From NCBI GenBank assembly GCA_963822965.1, contig CAWGJT010000006.1, positions 128,001 through 192,000 of the forward strand: 64,000 bases of DNA, read 5' to 3'. Both the position numbers and the translations under genes were made by a program. The number at the start of each line of letters is the position of its first letter. Position 1 is the stretch's first letter. The stretch comes from an uncultured delta proteobacterium. Its GTDB lineage: Bacteria > Myxococcota_A > UBA9160 > UBA4427. Shown here one piece after another: positions 32,174-43,115 of this stretch. The notes under the pieces were generated by a model, which saw only the letters and a list, made by a program, of their open reading frames with translations, did not search any database and was not told the DNA's origin.

Positions 32174-32476
32174 ATGACCGAGAAGACAGGGTCGACCGAG
32201 GCAACGAGCTCCACGGGCATCCAGGAAACCCTGGGTGGTACCCTGCGCTTCCTGGGAAGACACTGGCGCGGGCTTCTGCGTGGCGCGGCGGTGCTCGCGC
32301 TCGTCGTCGTGGTGCTGCAGAACATCGAGCCCACCAGCATCGACGTCCTCTTCTGGTCGATCCACGGGGTCCCGAAGCTCGTTCTGCTGACCGTCTTCAT
32401 GGCGCTGGGCGCAGCGCTCTGGGAGATCGGCCGCCGCCTGCTGCGCGCGGGACCGGATCGCGCGGGAGCCACCTAG
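32174..32476 (+). CDS. LapA/DUF1049-like small membrane protein
   Basis: Two TM helices separated by LQN.EPTSIDVLFWS. GAGAGGAG RBS. Confidence 0.75.
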   Translation: MTEKTGSTEATSSTGIQETLGGTLRFLGRHWRGLLRGAAVLALVVVVLQNIEPTSIDVLFWSIHGVPKLVLLTVFMALGAALWEIGRRLLRAGPDRAGAT

Positions 32477-32658
32477 CCCCGATGCGTCGTTCCTCGAGCT
32501 TCTCGCGTGCCGCAGAGCCCACCAGCCCTTGCGGATCCCGCGAGATCGCTCGAATCAGCCTGAGCGCGACAACCTCATCGTCGGGAGATCCGGGTGCCGG
32601 ACTCGGATCGCGGCACGGACCGAGCAGCCGCGTCAATCCGAACAGCATTGGGAGTTGC

Positions 32659-32685
32659 GCCCTGATCCGGTTGACGGATCAGGGC
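32659..32685. terminator. Perfect 11-bp hairpin at the 3' end of the fpg-DUF72 operon
   Basis: GCCCTGATCCG-GTTGA-CGGATCAGGGC, no U-tract. Confidence 0.5.
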
Positions 32686-33425
32686 TAGGCGCCCGCCGCG
32701 TTCTCCACGTAGCGGGCCAGCCTGGCCGCATCCTCCACGGCGTGGCCGGCCTCGTCGTTGTTGAAGTAGGCGTAGACGTCGAGGCCATGGCAACGGTGGG
32801 CCTCGATGCGTTCCGCCTCGGCAGTCAGCCGCTGGTGGGCATAGCCTCCCTTGTATTCGTGGCCGTGGAAGCGGAGATAGCTCCAGCCCGCGGTCACCTC
32901 CCGAGGGTGGTTCTCGATCATGTCGTGGATGCAGAGCCCAGCCTGGTGGTCGCGCAGGACGGCGTAGACCGGCTCGCAGAGCCAGCGCGGGTCGCGAAAC
33001 TCGAACGCCCAGCGCAGCCCGCGCGGCGCCACCGCGAGGAAGCGGGCCAGGCGGTCCACGTCCGGCGCCCAGCGCGGAGGAAGCTGCACCAGGATGGGGC
33101 CGAGACGGTCGCCGAGACGGCGAGCGAGCCCGACGAAATGCTGCACCGTCTCCTCGGGGGCCTTCAGATGCTTCAGATGGGAGCCGTAGCGGCTGAACTT
33201 GAGTGCAAAGCGAAACGCCTTGCCGACGGCGTCCCGCCAGCCGTCGAAGCTCGAAGCGCTCGGCAGCCGGTAGAAGGTGTTGTTGATCTCGACCGTGGCG
33301 AAGCGCGTCGCATAGAAGCCCAGCCACTCTTGCTTCGGCAGGTCGTCCGGGTAGAAGACGCCCTTCCAGTGGTCGTACTGATAGCCGGAGGTGCCGACGA
33401 AGCAGCGGCCCCGCTTCCGGGCCAT
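32685..33425 (-). CDS. DUF72 (YecE-like) protein
   Basis: VGTSGYQYDHWKGVFYP, FATVEINNTFY, LGPILVQLPP, FEFRD.RW, YLRFHG, YFNND..GHA. Confidence 0.93.
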   Translation of the reverse strand: MARKRGRCFVGTSGYQYDHWKGVFYPDDLPKQEWLGFYATRFATVEINNTFYRLPSASSFDGWRDAVGKAFRFALKFSRYGSHLKHLKAPEETVQHFVGLARRLGDRLGPILVQLPPRWAPDVDRLARFLAVAPRGLRWAFEFRDPRWLCEPVYAVLRDHQAGLCIHDMIENHPREVTAGWSYLRFHGHEYKGGYAHQRLTAEAERIEAHRCHGLDVYAYFNNDEAGHAVEDAARLARYVENAAGA

Positions 33426-33428
33426 CGC

Positions 33429-34214
33429 TCAGTCCCGCTCCGGCTGGCAGCGCGGGCACCAGAGCGCCGTCCGCCCCGCGACCCGGCCTCGCGCGAGCGA
33501 AGCACCGCAACGGGGACAGCCCGCCTCGCGCTCCTCACGGACGCTCTCGAGCCAGCCCGCCCGCGCCGGGATCCGGCCGTGTCGCATGGAGGCGCGCAGC
33601 ACCTCGCGCATGCCGTCGTAGAGCGCGCGGAGCCTTCTTTCCGAGAGGCCGCACACGGCCGTCGCCGGGTGGATCCGCGCGCGCCAGAGGATCTCGTCGG
33701 AGAGCTCGTTGCCCAGGCCTGCCAGCAGCGACTGGTCCATCAGTGCGGCCTTGATGCCACCGCGGCGATCGGCGAAGCGGGCCCGCAGCTCGTCCCACCG
33801 CATCGCTGCGGCATCGGGACCGAGCTCCCCCGTCACACGCGTGAGGGGGGAGCCCTCCCGGACGAGCCAGATCCCGCCCAGCCTTCGCTGGGAGCGGTAT
33901 CGCAGGGTTCCCCGGTCCGTCTCGAAGACCACGCCGTCGTAGGCGCCGTCCGCTTCGTCCCGACTCGTCCAATGGAGGTCGCCCGTCATCCCGAAGTGGA
34001 CGGCGAGCAGGTGCTTCTCGATCGGGGCGAGCAGCCACTTGCCGTGACGCCGGGGGGTGTCGAAGGCCCGGCCCTGCAGCGCGCGCCCCAGACCCTGGGG
34101 CGAGGAGTTCCGGATCAACACCGGCGCGGGTGCGCGCACGTGCGCGACGCGCGCGCCGGTCACGTGGCGCGCCCAGATCCGGCGGAATCGCTCCACGTCC
34201 GCAAGCTCGGGCAT
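33429..34214 (-). CDS. Fpg/Nei family DNA glycosylase/AP lyase
   Basis: N-terminal MPELADVE, RHGKWL, HFGMTG, LMDQS.LAGLGN..SDEILW.ARIHP H2TH motif, zinc finger CPRCG..CPRCQ. Confidence 0.93.
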   Translation of the reverse strand: MPELADVERFRRIWARHVTGARVAHVRAPAPVLIRNSSPQGLGRALQGRAFDTPRRHGKWLLAPIEKHLLAVHFGMTGDLHWTSRDEADGAYDGVVFETDRGTLRYRSQRRLGGIWLVREGSPLTRVTGELGPDAAAMRWDELRARFADRRGGIKAALMDQSLLAGLGNELSDEILWRARIHPATAVCGLSERRLRALYDGMREVLRASMRHGRIPARAGWLESVREEREAGCPRCGASLARGRVAGRTALWCPRCQPERD

Positions 34215-34380
34215 CGCTCCAAGTCATAGCAGCCGGCATGCGGGACCCTGTCGAGAGCGGACCCGGTAGGCCGACGAGAGGGAATTCGCGACCTCCATTC
34301 CCGACCGGGGAGGATCCGGGTACCCTCCCTCTCTCGCCGAGCCAGCAACCGCCCCGGGAGGCGGGAGGAGGAGGAAGAAG

Positions 34381-35010
34381 ATGAATCGCCATGGAATCGC
34401 CGCGCCGATCTTCGCCCTGTGGATGGGCCTCACCCTGGCGCTCGTCGCGCAGGCGCAGTCCGTCCAGAAGGAGCAGGTCGGCACGGCGTTCACGGGCAAG
34501 GTCGTATCCGTGGACGCGGCGACCGGGACCCTGCGCGTCCAGGGCGCGAACGGGGAGAAGGGCGCCTTCCACGTCGACGCCGCCCGAACGACCATCATGT
34601 CCGGGGACGAGAAGATCGCGCTGTCGGGCCTGCACGAGGGCGACTGGGTCGCCGTCGACGCCGACGCGAGCGGCAAGCAGCGGGTCGCCACCTACATCGA
34701 GGTGACGGACGACCCGAGTGGACGCAAGGACTCGAGCCCGGCGCTCGCGACCGCGGCCGGTGCCACCGTCGAGGTCCGCCACAACAAGCTCTCCCCGGCG
34801 GCCGTCCAGATCGCGGCCGGCCAGACGGTGACCTTCCACAACATCGACAAGATGCCCGGCGGACACACGGTCGAGGCCGTCGACGGCTCGTTCTCGAGCC
34901 CCCCGCTCGACCAGGGCGAGGACTGGTCCCACGACTTCGACGTGCCCGGCGTGTATCGGGTGCGGATCAAGGAGCACCCGAAGGCGGAGGCCAGCATCGT
35001 CGTCGAGTAG
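34381..35010 (+). CDS. Exported two-domain protein: beta-barrel (DUF5666-like) + cupredoxin-like domain lacking Cys/Met ligands
   Basis: Signal peptide ending AQA. C-terminal SP..VQIAAGQTVTFHN.D..GHTV..FSSPPLDQGEDWSHDFDVPGVY plastocyanin/amicyanin-like pattern. Confidence 0.72.
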   Translation: MNRHGIAAPIFALWMGLTLALVAQAQSVQKEQVGTAFTGKVVSVDAATGTLRVQGANGEKGAFHVDAARTTIMSGDEKIALSGLHEGDWVAVDADASGKQRVATYIEVTDDPSGRKDSSPALATAAGATVEVRHNKLSPAAVQIAAGQTVTFHNIDKMPGGHTVEAVDGSFSSPPLDQGEDWSHDFDVPGVYRVRIKEHPKAEASIVVE

Positions 35011-35067
35011 CCGAGTCGAGGACGGCCGGAACGCAGGATCCCCCGACGCGGGTCTCCGCCGTGGGCC

Positions 35068-35610
35068 TCAGGTCGCCCGCAGGCCGCGCCGGGTGAGGGC
35101 GCAGCCGCCCAGCCCCAGCTGGGCGAGCACGAGCAGAACCAGGGAGCCGGAGGAGAGCGCGGGCACCGGGACTCCCGCCTGCGGCGCGAGCTGTCGTTCC
35201 AGCTGCACGCCGGCGATTCCCATGCAGGCGAACGCGCCCGTGCCCTGCCCCTCGATCTGGAGGCTGCCGTCGCTGACGAGCGCGTCGCCCAGGGCCACGG
35301 ATACGCCGGCTGCAGCTGGGCGCCCGTGTTCCCGGGAAGCTCCGCGAGCGCCGCCCCCTGAAACACCGTGACGTCGCCGGTGGAGACGCCGGCCGCGGAG
35401 GGCGCGTAGACCCAGACGCGGTAGAGCCCGTCGAGGAGGCCGTCGAGGTCGAGCTTCCAGATGGCCGTGTCGCAGTCGCCCCCGAAGTCGCCCATCAGGG
35501 CCTGCGCGTCGGGAGGAGAGCCGGGGCCGAAGCCCGCGTCCGACTGCGTCGTCAGGGTCGCCGTCACCGGGGACGCCAGGCCACTGGCCGTCACCGGTAC
35601 GTCCAGTACC
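35068..35610 (-). pseudogene. 5'-truncated surface protein with IPTL-CTERM/PEP-CTERM-like C-terminal sorting signal (one frameshift)
   Basis: Beta-rich body, then VPALSSGSLVLLVLAQLGLGGCALTRRGLRAT* (motif + TM + Arg). No signal peptide, and coding character ends at ~35610. Confidence 0.6.
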
Positions 35611-35635
35611 CGGGTAGCAACCCACCCGCTTGCTA

Positions 35636-35686
35636 TATCAAGCACTACGCGTATTTGCTTGATAAAGTATGATTGCTTTGTATACT
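35636..35686 (+). promoter_or_regulatory. AT-rich palindrome overlapping a sigma70-like promoter
   Basis: TATCAAGCA-CTACGCGTATT-TGCTTGATA inverted repeat. TTGATA-N16-TATACT. Confidence 0.6.
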
Positions 35687-35886
35687 ACGCACTCGGGCGC
35701 AAAGGCACCCGCAGGATCGCCTCCATGAGCGGGGCCTATGCGCTCAGCGGCGAGGCGATCGACGAGGCGCTGACGCGGACGTCATTCCCGTGGACGCCCC
35801 GGCGCTCGGCCGCGTAGGAAACGCCGAAAACAGCCATACGCGCTTCGCCTACAGCTACGCGCGCTCTGCCGAGGATCCACATCTTC

Positions 35887-37377
35887 ATGAAACGGAGCTC
35901 AAAGGTGGCGCTCCCGAGGATCGATCGAATCACGATGAATGCACATGTGTCGCTGTCCGGACTGGACTCCGCCTTCCTCTCCTTGGAGACGCCGAGCACC
36001 CCCATGCACATGATCGGGACGTTCGTGCTCGATGCTTCGAGCGCCAGCGGCGGCTACTCCTTCGAACGAATCCTCCGCCTGTTGGAGGATCGAATGCCCG
36101 ATCTGGCTCCCTTCCGTCGCCGGCTGGCCGCGATTCCGTTCGGCCTGGACCATCCGGTATGGATCGACGATCCCGACCTCCGGATTCGGAGCCACGTCTA
36201 TCGCGTCGGGGCGCCCGCTCCGGGGTCGGACCAGGTTCTCGCCAGCCTGGTCGCCCAGATCGCCTCGCAGCCGCTCGACCGGACCCGGCCGCTGTGGGAG
36301 CTCAGGGTGATCGAAGGCCTGGCCGAAGGCAGGGTGGCCCTCGTCTTCAAGATGCACCACGCCATCGCCGACGGCGTCTCGGCGATCCTGCTCCTGCTGC
36401 AGCTACTCGATTCCTCGCCCGAGGGAGCGGATGCGGGCAGGTCCCACGAACGCGTGCGGAGGGATCCGGCTCCCACGAGCAAGGCGCTGCTGGCCCACGC
36501 ACTCTCGCGCCTGCCCCAGCGATCCGCGCGCTTCGCGCGACTCCTGCGCGACACGGCGGCATCGCTGGTGAGCATGGGCCGTTCCACGGTCGGCAGGGAC
36601 GCGGGCAGCAGCCGAATGCCGATGCCCTTCAGCGGACCCCGGACGCCCTGGAACGGGGCGACTTCGCCGCAGCGGACGGTGGCGTATGGAAGGGCCCGGC
36701 TCGCCGACGTGAAGACGATCAATTCGGTCTACGGCACGACCGTCAATCACGTCGTTCTCGCTGCGTGCACCCAGACCCTCCGGAACTACCTGGAGGCCCA
36801 TGGCGGGACACCGGATGCTCCCCTGGTGGCGGCGGTCCCGGTCTCCCTGAGAACCCCGGAGGAGCTGGAGACGTACGGCAACCGCATCTCGGCCCTCCTC
36901 GTGCACCTTCCGGTCCACCTGGCCGATCCCGTGGAACAGCTACTCGCCGTGCGTCACGACGCGCAGTCGTCGAAGCAGATCCACGCTGATCTCGGTGTTG
37001 CCGCGCTGGGAGAGTGGGCCGAGTTCACTTCCGCGGCGCTCCTCACGAGCGCCGCTCGTTTCTACTCGGACCGGAAGCTCGCAGCCCGACATCGCCCCCT
37101 CCACAACCTGGTGATCTCGAACGTCCGAGGGCCTGGAACTCCCCTCTACGCCGCCGGCGCGAGGGTGACCGCTGCCTATCCGCTGGGCCCGCTGATGGAA
37201 GGAGCGGGCATGAACATCACGGTCGTGAGCTACATGGACTCGGTCGACTTCGGAATCATCGCGTGCGAGCGATCGGTCCCCCACGTGGCAGACATCGCAC
37301 TCGGGTTCGGCGCGGCGGTGGCCGACCTCTTCAAGATCGCCCTCGAAGCGCAAGAAGACGGCGAATCCGAGACGTGA
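35887..37377 (+). CDS. Wax ester synthase/diacylglycerol acyltransferase (WS/DGAT)
   Basis: LSGLDSAFLSLET..PMH, LDRTRPLWE, catalytic HHAIADG, NLVISNVRGP..LY, NITVVSY. Alternative start ATG 35935. Confidence 0.95.
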   Translation: MKRSSKVALPRIDRITMNAHVSLSGLDSAFLSLETPSTPMHMIGTFVLDASSASGGYSFERILRLLEDRMPDLAPFRRRLAAIPFGLDHPVWIDDPDLRIRSHVYRVGAPAPGSDQVLASLVAQIASQPLDRTRPLWELRVIEGLAEGRVALVFKMHHAIADGVSAILLLLQLLDSSPEGADAGRSHERVRRDPAPTSKALLAHALSRLPQRSARFARLLRDTAASLVSMGRSTVGRDAGSSRMPMPFSGPRTPWNGATSPQRTVAYGRARLADVKTINSVYGTTVNHVVLAACTQTLRNYLEAHGGTPDAPLVAAVPVSLRTPEELETYGNRISALLVHLPVHLADPVEQLLAVRHDAQSSKQIHADLGVAALGEWAEFTSAALLTSAARFYSDRKLAARHRPLHNLVISNVRGPGTPLYAAGARVTAAYPLGPLMEGAGMNITVVSYMDSVDFGIIACERSVPHVADIALGFGAAVADLFKIALEAQEDGESET

Positions 37378-37383
37378 CCAGCC

Positions 37384-37428
37384 AAGCTCGACCCGGGAAT
37401 GCCTCCGGTTGCTCCGGGGTCGGCTTTT
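37384..37428 (+). terminator. Putative intrinsic terminator after WS/DGAT
   Basis: AAGC(T)CGACCC...GGGTCGGCTT followed by a short T run. Confidence 0.45.
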
Positions 37429-37493
37429 GCGTCCGGCCATGAGCCCCGGTGGCGCGGATCTGCGTAGCTCATCAGGCGCGCTTCACGGATTGC

Positions 37494-37521
37494 TTGCCCT
37501 CTTTGATTTGCGTGCTATTCT
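37494..37521 (+). promoter_or_regulatory. Putative sigma70 promoter of groES-groEL
   Basis: TTGCCC-N16-TATTCT with an extended -10 TG. Confidence 0.45.
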
Positions 37522-37647
37522 TAGCAGTTCTGGCGGATGCTCGCACGGCGGTCCCCAGCTCGGCGGACGAGAAACAGCATGCGCTGAAGCCAATGGATCA
37601 AGTGGACCCGGCGCGTCAAGCGGAGACCACTGCGGGAGAATCAAGCC

Positions 37648-37935
37648 ATGAAGGTGAGACCGTTGCACGACCGACTCCTCGTAAAGCGCATCGAGGGAGA
37701 AGAGAAGACCAAGGGGGGGCTCATCATCCCCGATACCGCCAAGGAGAAGCCCATCGAGGGCAAGGTCATCGCTGCGGGCAAGGGGAAGGTCGACGAAGAC
37801 GGCAAGCTCCGCCCACTCGACGTACACGAGGGAGACCGGGTGCTCTTCGGCAAGTATTCCGGCACCGAGATTCAGCTCGAGGGTGACGAACATCTGATCA
37901 TTCGCGAGGACGACGTCCTCGCGGTGCTCGAGTAG
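37648..37935 (+). CDS. groES: Co-chaperonin GroES
   Basis: [43 protein letters not shown]. Confidence 0.98.
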   Translation: MKVRPLHDRLLVKRIEGEEKTKGGLIIPDTAKEKPIEGKVIAAGKGKVDEDGKLRPLDVHEGDRVLFGKYSGTEIQLEGDEHLIIREDDVLAVLE

Positions 37936-39966
<2,031 letters not shown>

Positions 39967-40003
39967 CCGAATTCGCCTGTGGAGCAAGGCCGACGCAGCA
40001 AGC

Positions 40004-40658
40004 TCAGTCGTCGATGAAACGCTCTCGCAGCTTCTTGACCTGGCCCTGAGAGCACACCACGTACACCGTGTCGCTGCTCGCGGATCCGGGTCGTCGTCCC
40101 CGGCCAGCTCCGCCTCGCCCTCGCGCGTGACGGCCAGAGGCCCTCGCGCCGTCGGGCAGCCGGAGGTCGGCAACCGTGCCCTCCTCGCTCTTCCGGGCGG
40201 CGAAGGAGAAGAAGCGGATGCCCGTCTTCATGAGCGGCGCCAGATCCACGCTCTCGATGCCCGCGACGCGATCGGCCACCGCGTTGGCCGTCTCCTGGCT
40301 GGGGATGAGGACGTCCTCCAGGCCCAGCTCGGCGCAGAGTCCACCGAAGTCGGAATCCTCGATCATGGCCACCACCCGTGTCGAACCCGAGGCGTTTGCC
40401 CGCCAGGGCGGCCAGGATGTTGTCCTGGTCACTCCCGGTCATGCAGAACAGGAAGTCCGTGTTGCCGGGGCCGAGCTCGGACAACACGGCCGGCCGGCTG
40501 CCGTCCCCATGGACGAGGCCGCAGTCGAGGCCCATCTCCTCGAGCGCTTTCAGCCGCTCCTCCCCCGCGTCGACGATCACCACTTCGTGTCCGTTCGCGA
40601 GCAGGGAACGCGCCGACTCGACCACCTGGCCGGTCGCCCCGATGAAGACGATGCGCAT
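40004..40658 (-). CDS. trkA: TrkA/KtrA-type RCK potassium uptake regulatory subunit (frameshifted)
   Basis: MRIVFIGA..GHEVVIVD..HGDGSRPAVL..TGSDQDNILAAL, with a TrkA-C-like tail. Confidence 0.85.
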
Positions 40659-42123
40659 CACGAAGCTCCTCCTGCGCCCGAGCCAGGTGGAGGGACGCAA
40701 GAGGACGATGAACGCCACCACCTCCACGCGCCCCATGAGCATGTCGAGCGACAGCACACCCTTCAGGAAGGCCGGAAGCTCCGCGCTGGTGATCCCCGCC
40801 GAGAGCCCCACGGTTCCCACCGCCGACACCACCTCGAAGAGGCTGTCGAGCGGAGCATAGCCGTAGGTGAGAAAGGCGAGCCACGAGAGCGCGACGAGGA
40901 TGCCGAACGCGGAGACCACGCCCACCACCCACTCGACCTCGTCGGGCGAGACGGGGTCGCCGCCCAGCCGGAGGCTTGCACGTCCGGAGCGGAGGATGGA
41001 GATCCGGTCGAGCAGCAGCCCCAGGATTCGCAGGCAGACCAGCAAGCGGAAGATCTTGATGCCGCCGGCCGTCGAGCCGAGCCCGCCTCCCACGAACATC
41101 GAGGCGATCACGATGAGCTTCGGCCCAGGCGCGAGCTCCGACATCGCAATGCTGGAGAAGCCCGCCGTCGTCTGGGCCGAGACCGCGGTGACCGCGAGAT
41201 CCGCGAGCGGGACGGCAGCGTCGGTGGAGAGCCATTGAAACCCGGCGAGGGCGGCGACGGCGAGCGCGCACAGAAGCGCCAGGCTTCGCAGCTGGGGATC
41301 CGACAGGATCTGCCGAGGGTGCCGGTAGAGCGTGCGGTAGTAGAGCGAGAGCGGCACGGCCCCCGCGAAGCAGAGCGCCAGGATGGTCACGCGGACGCGG
41401 CCCGGAAAGACGGCCAGGCTGCCGTCATGGCTCGCGAAGCCACCGGTCGAGACCGAGGCGAACGCGTGGAGCGTGGCATCGAAGGCGCCCACGCCGAGCG
41501 CGACCAGGGCGCCGACCCCGAGCAGCGTGAGCGCCAGATAGGTCACCAGCACCCGGCGGGCGTGGGCGCGCGTTCCCCCCACCACGTCGTCGACTTCCCG
41601 CGAGTCGAAGCCCATGCGCTGCGCCGAGACGCCGGGCGTCACGATCGAGTGCGAGGGCCAGCACCAGGACGCCGAGCCCGCCGAGCCACTGGAGCCAGGC
41701 GCGGGCGAAGAGCAGGCCCGCCGGCGCATCCTCGACGGAGGCCAGCACGCTCAGACCGGTCGTGGTCGCTCCGGACACGGCCTCGAACCAAGCGTCCAGC
41801 GGGGTCATTCCGTAGGCGGTGAGAGGGATCGCCCCGGCGAGCGAGGCGATCCCGAACACGAGCGCGCTAAGGACGAGGGCCTCGTTGCGCTGGAGATCCG
41901 CGCGGCTGCCCGCCTTCCAGCCGAGCGCCCCGAGCCCGGCAAGCCCCCCGGCCACGGCCAGGCTGTAGAGCGCCACGTCCGGTCGACCGCTTCCCCAGGC
42001 GACCGCCGCGGGCACGCAGGTCAGGACCCCCAGTGGGCCCAGCAACAGGCCCAGGTAGTGCGCGAGAACGGCGGTGCGGGCCGCAAAGCGCAGGCTGTCG
42101 AGGGCGCGGGAGCCGGTCGGCAT
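40658..42123 (-). CDS. trkH: TrkH-family potassium uptake membrane protein (frameshift near 41655)
   Basis: Four pore loops: EAVSGATTTGL, SVSTGGF, SAQTTAGF, EVVSAVGTVGLS. Also GGGLGSTAGGIK and MLMGRVE. Confidence 0.92.
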
Positions 42124-42164
42124 GGAGTCGGTGAGCCCGGGTCGTGTTCGAGAGGTGCGATCTC

Positions 42165-42180
42165 TGCGATGGACATACCA
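42165..42180 (-). promoter_or_regulatory. Putative sigma54 promoter of trkH-trkA
   Basis: Minus strand TGGTATGTCCATCGCA (GG-N10-GC), ~40 nt upstream of the ATG. Confidence 0.5.
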
Positions 42181-42395
42181 CACACGGGTCCGAGAGGCCG
42201 CCCGGCCCGCCGCCGCGCCGGTCCGCTGCTCGACCGGGTGCGAGCTTCGTCAGCGAGCGATGCCGGAACGTCGGGCCGGAACGACGTGTCCATCCCGAGT
42301 CGTCCCCTTCAGGAACCTGAAGAGGTCACTGTAGGTCCTGCGCGCGGTTGCCCCGAATTCTGGCGGCCTCGCCGCGCAGGGCGGGCACCCTCCAG

Positions 42396-42548
42396 TCATC
42401 CCAAAGGCCTTCGGCCCTGGATGACACGAACCACGATCACCACGAGCGCAATGACCAGGAGGATGTGAACCAATCCTCCCATTGTGTGCGAGGTGACCAG
42501 ACCCACCACCCACAGGATGATCAAGATGATCGCGATGGTTTCTAGCAC
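42396..42548 (-). CDS. lmo0937-family small membrane protein
   Basis: MLETIAIILIILWVVGLVTSHTMGGLVHILLVIALVVIVVRVIQGRRPLG. GGAGGAGGAG RBS. Confidence 0.9.
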   Translation of the reverse strand: MLETIAIILIILWVVGLVTSHTMGGLVHILLVIALVVIVVRVIQGRRPLG

Positions 42549-42645
42549 TTGCTCCTCCTCCAACGGCCGGGTAGCGCCGCTCGGAATCGCCGGCCCCAAC
42601 GAGCCCCCCCGGCGGCGGTGGCCCAGGATCCACGCCGATCCGGAC

Positions 42646-42834
42646 TCAGTCGAGCGCATCCTTCACGTCATCGACGACCTCTTCGACCTTCTTCTTGGCC
42701 TTTTCAACCGCCTGCTTGACCTTCCCGGCGGCTTGGTCGGACTTCCCTTCCCGCTTCATCTTCTTGTCACCGGTCAGGGCCCCTGCAGCCTCCTTCACGC
42801 GCCCCTTCGCTTGGTCGGACTTTCCGCTCGTCAT
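42646..42834 (-). CDS. csbD: CsbD-family general stress protein
   Basis: DQAKGRVKEAAGALTGDKKMKREGKSDQAAGKVKQAV. Confidence 0.9.
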   Translation of the reverse strand: MTSGKSDQAKGRVKEAAGALTGDKKMKREGKSDQAAGKVKQAVEKAKKKVEEVVDDVKDALD

Positions 42835-43115
42835 GGCTGATTCTCCCATCCCTTGTCCGTTGTAGCCAATGCTAGCGCCCAGAGCGGCGCGTTTCCTGCG
42901 CCACGACTGCGCCCCCTCCCCTCTGACCTCGGATTGTGGCAGTTCGACCCACGCAGTGCGCCCCAACGTCACATGTGTACCGACGACGGCGATCCTCCGG
43001 AACCTCGTCATGACCGTCAACTCTCACTATTTTGTGAACAGCCGAGGTTGGGTGGGTCGATCGTTCGAATGGATACGCGCTTGAACGTGGGGCGACCCCT
43101 GGAGACGGCGGGATC

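Noticed and set aside
32397..32648. 83-aa minus-strand ORF between the LapA-like gene and DUF72
   Set aside because: No recognisable family, overlaps the convergent gene's 3' end, and has weak start signals.
37520..37547. CIRCE element before groES
   Set aside because: Only TTAGCAG resembles the left arm. The right arm GAGTGCTAA is absent.
43068..43086. Fourth sigma28-like promoter upstream of csbD (TTCAAG...ACGATCG on minus strand, extending to ~43057)
   Set aside because: Spacing is one base short and the -10 box matches poorly.
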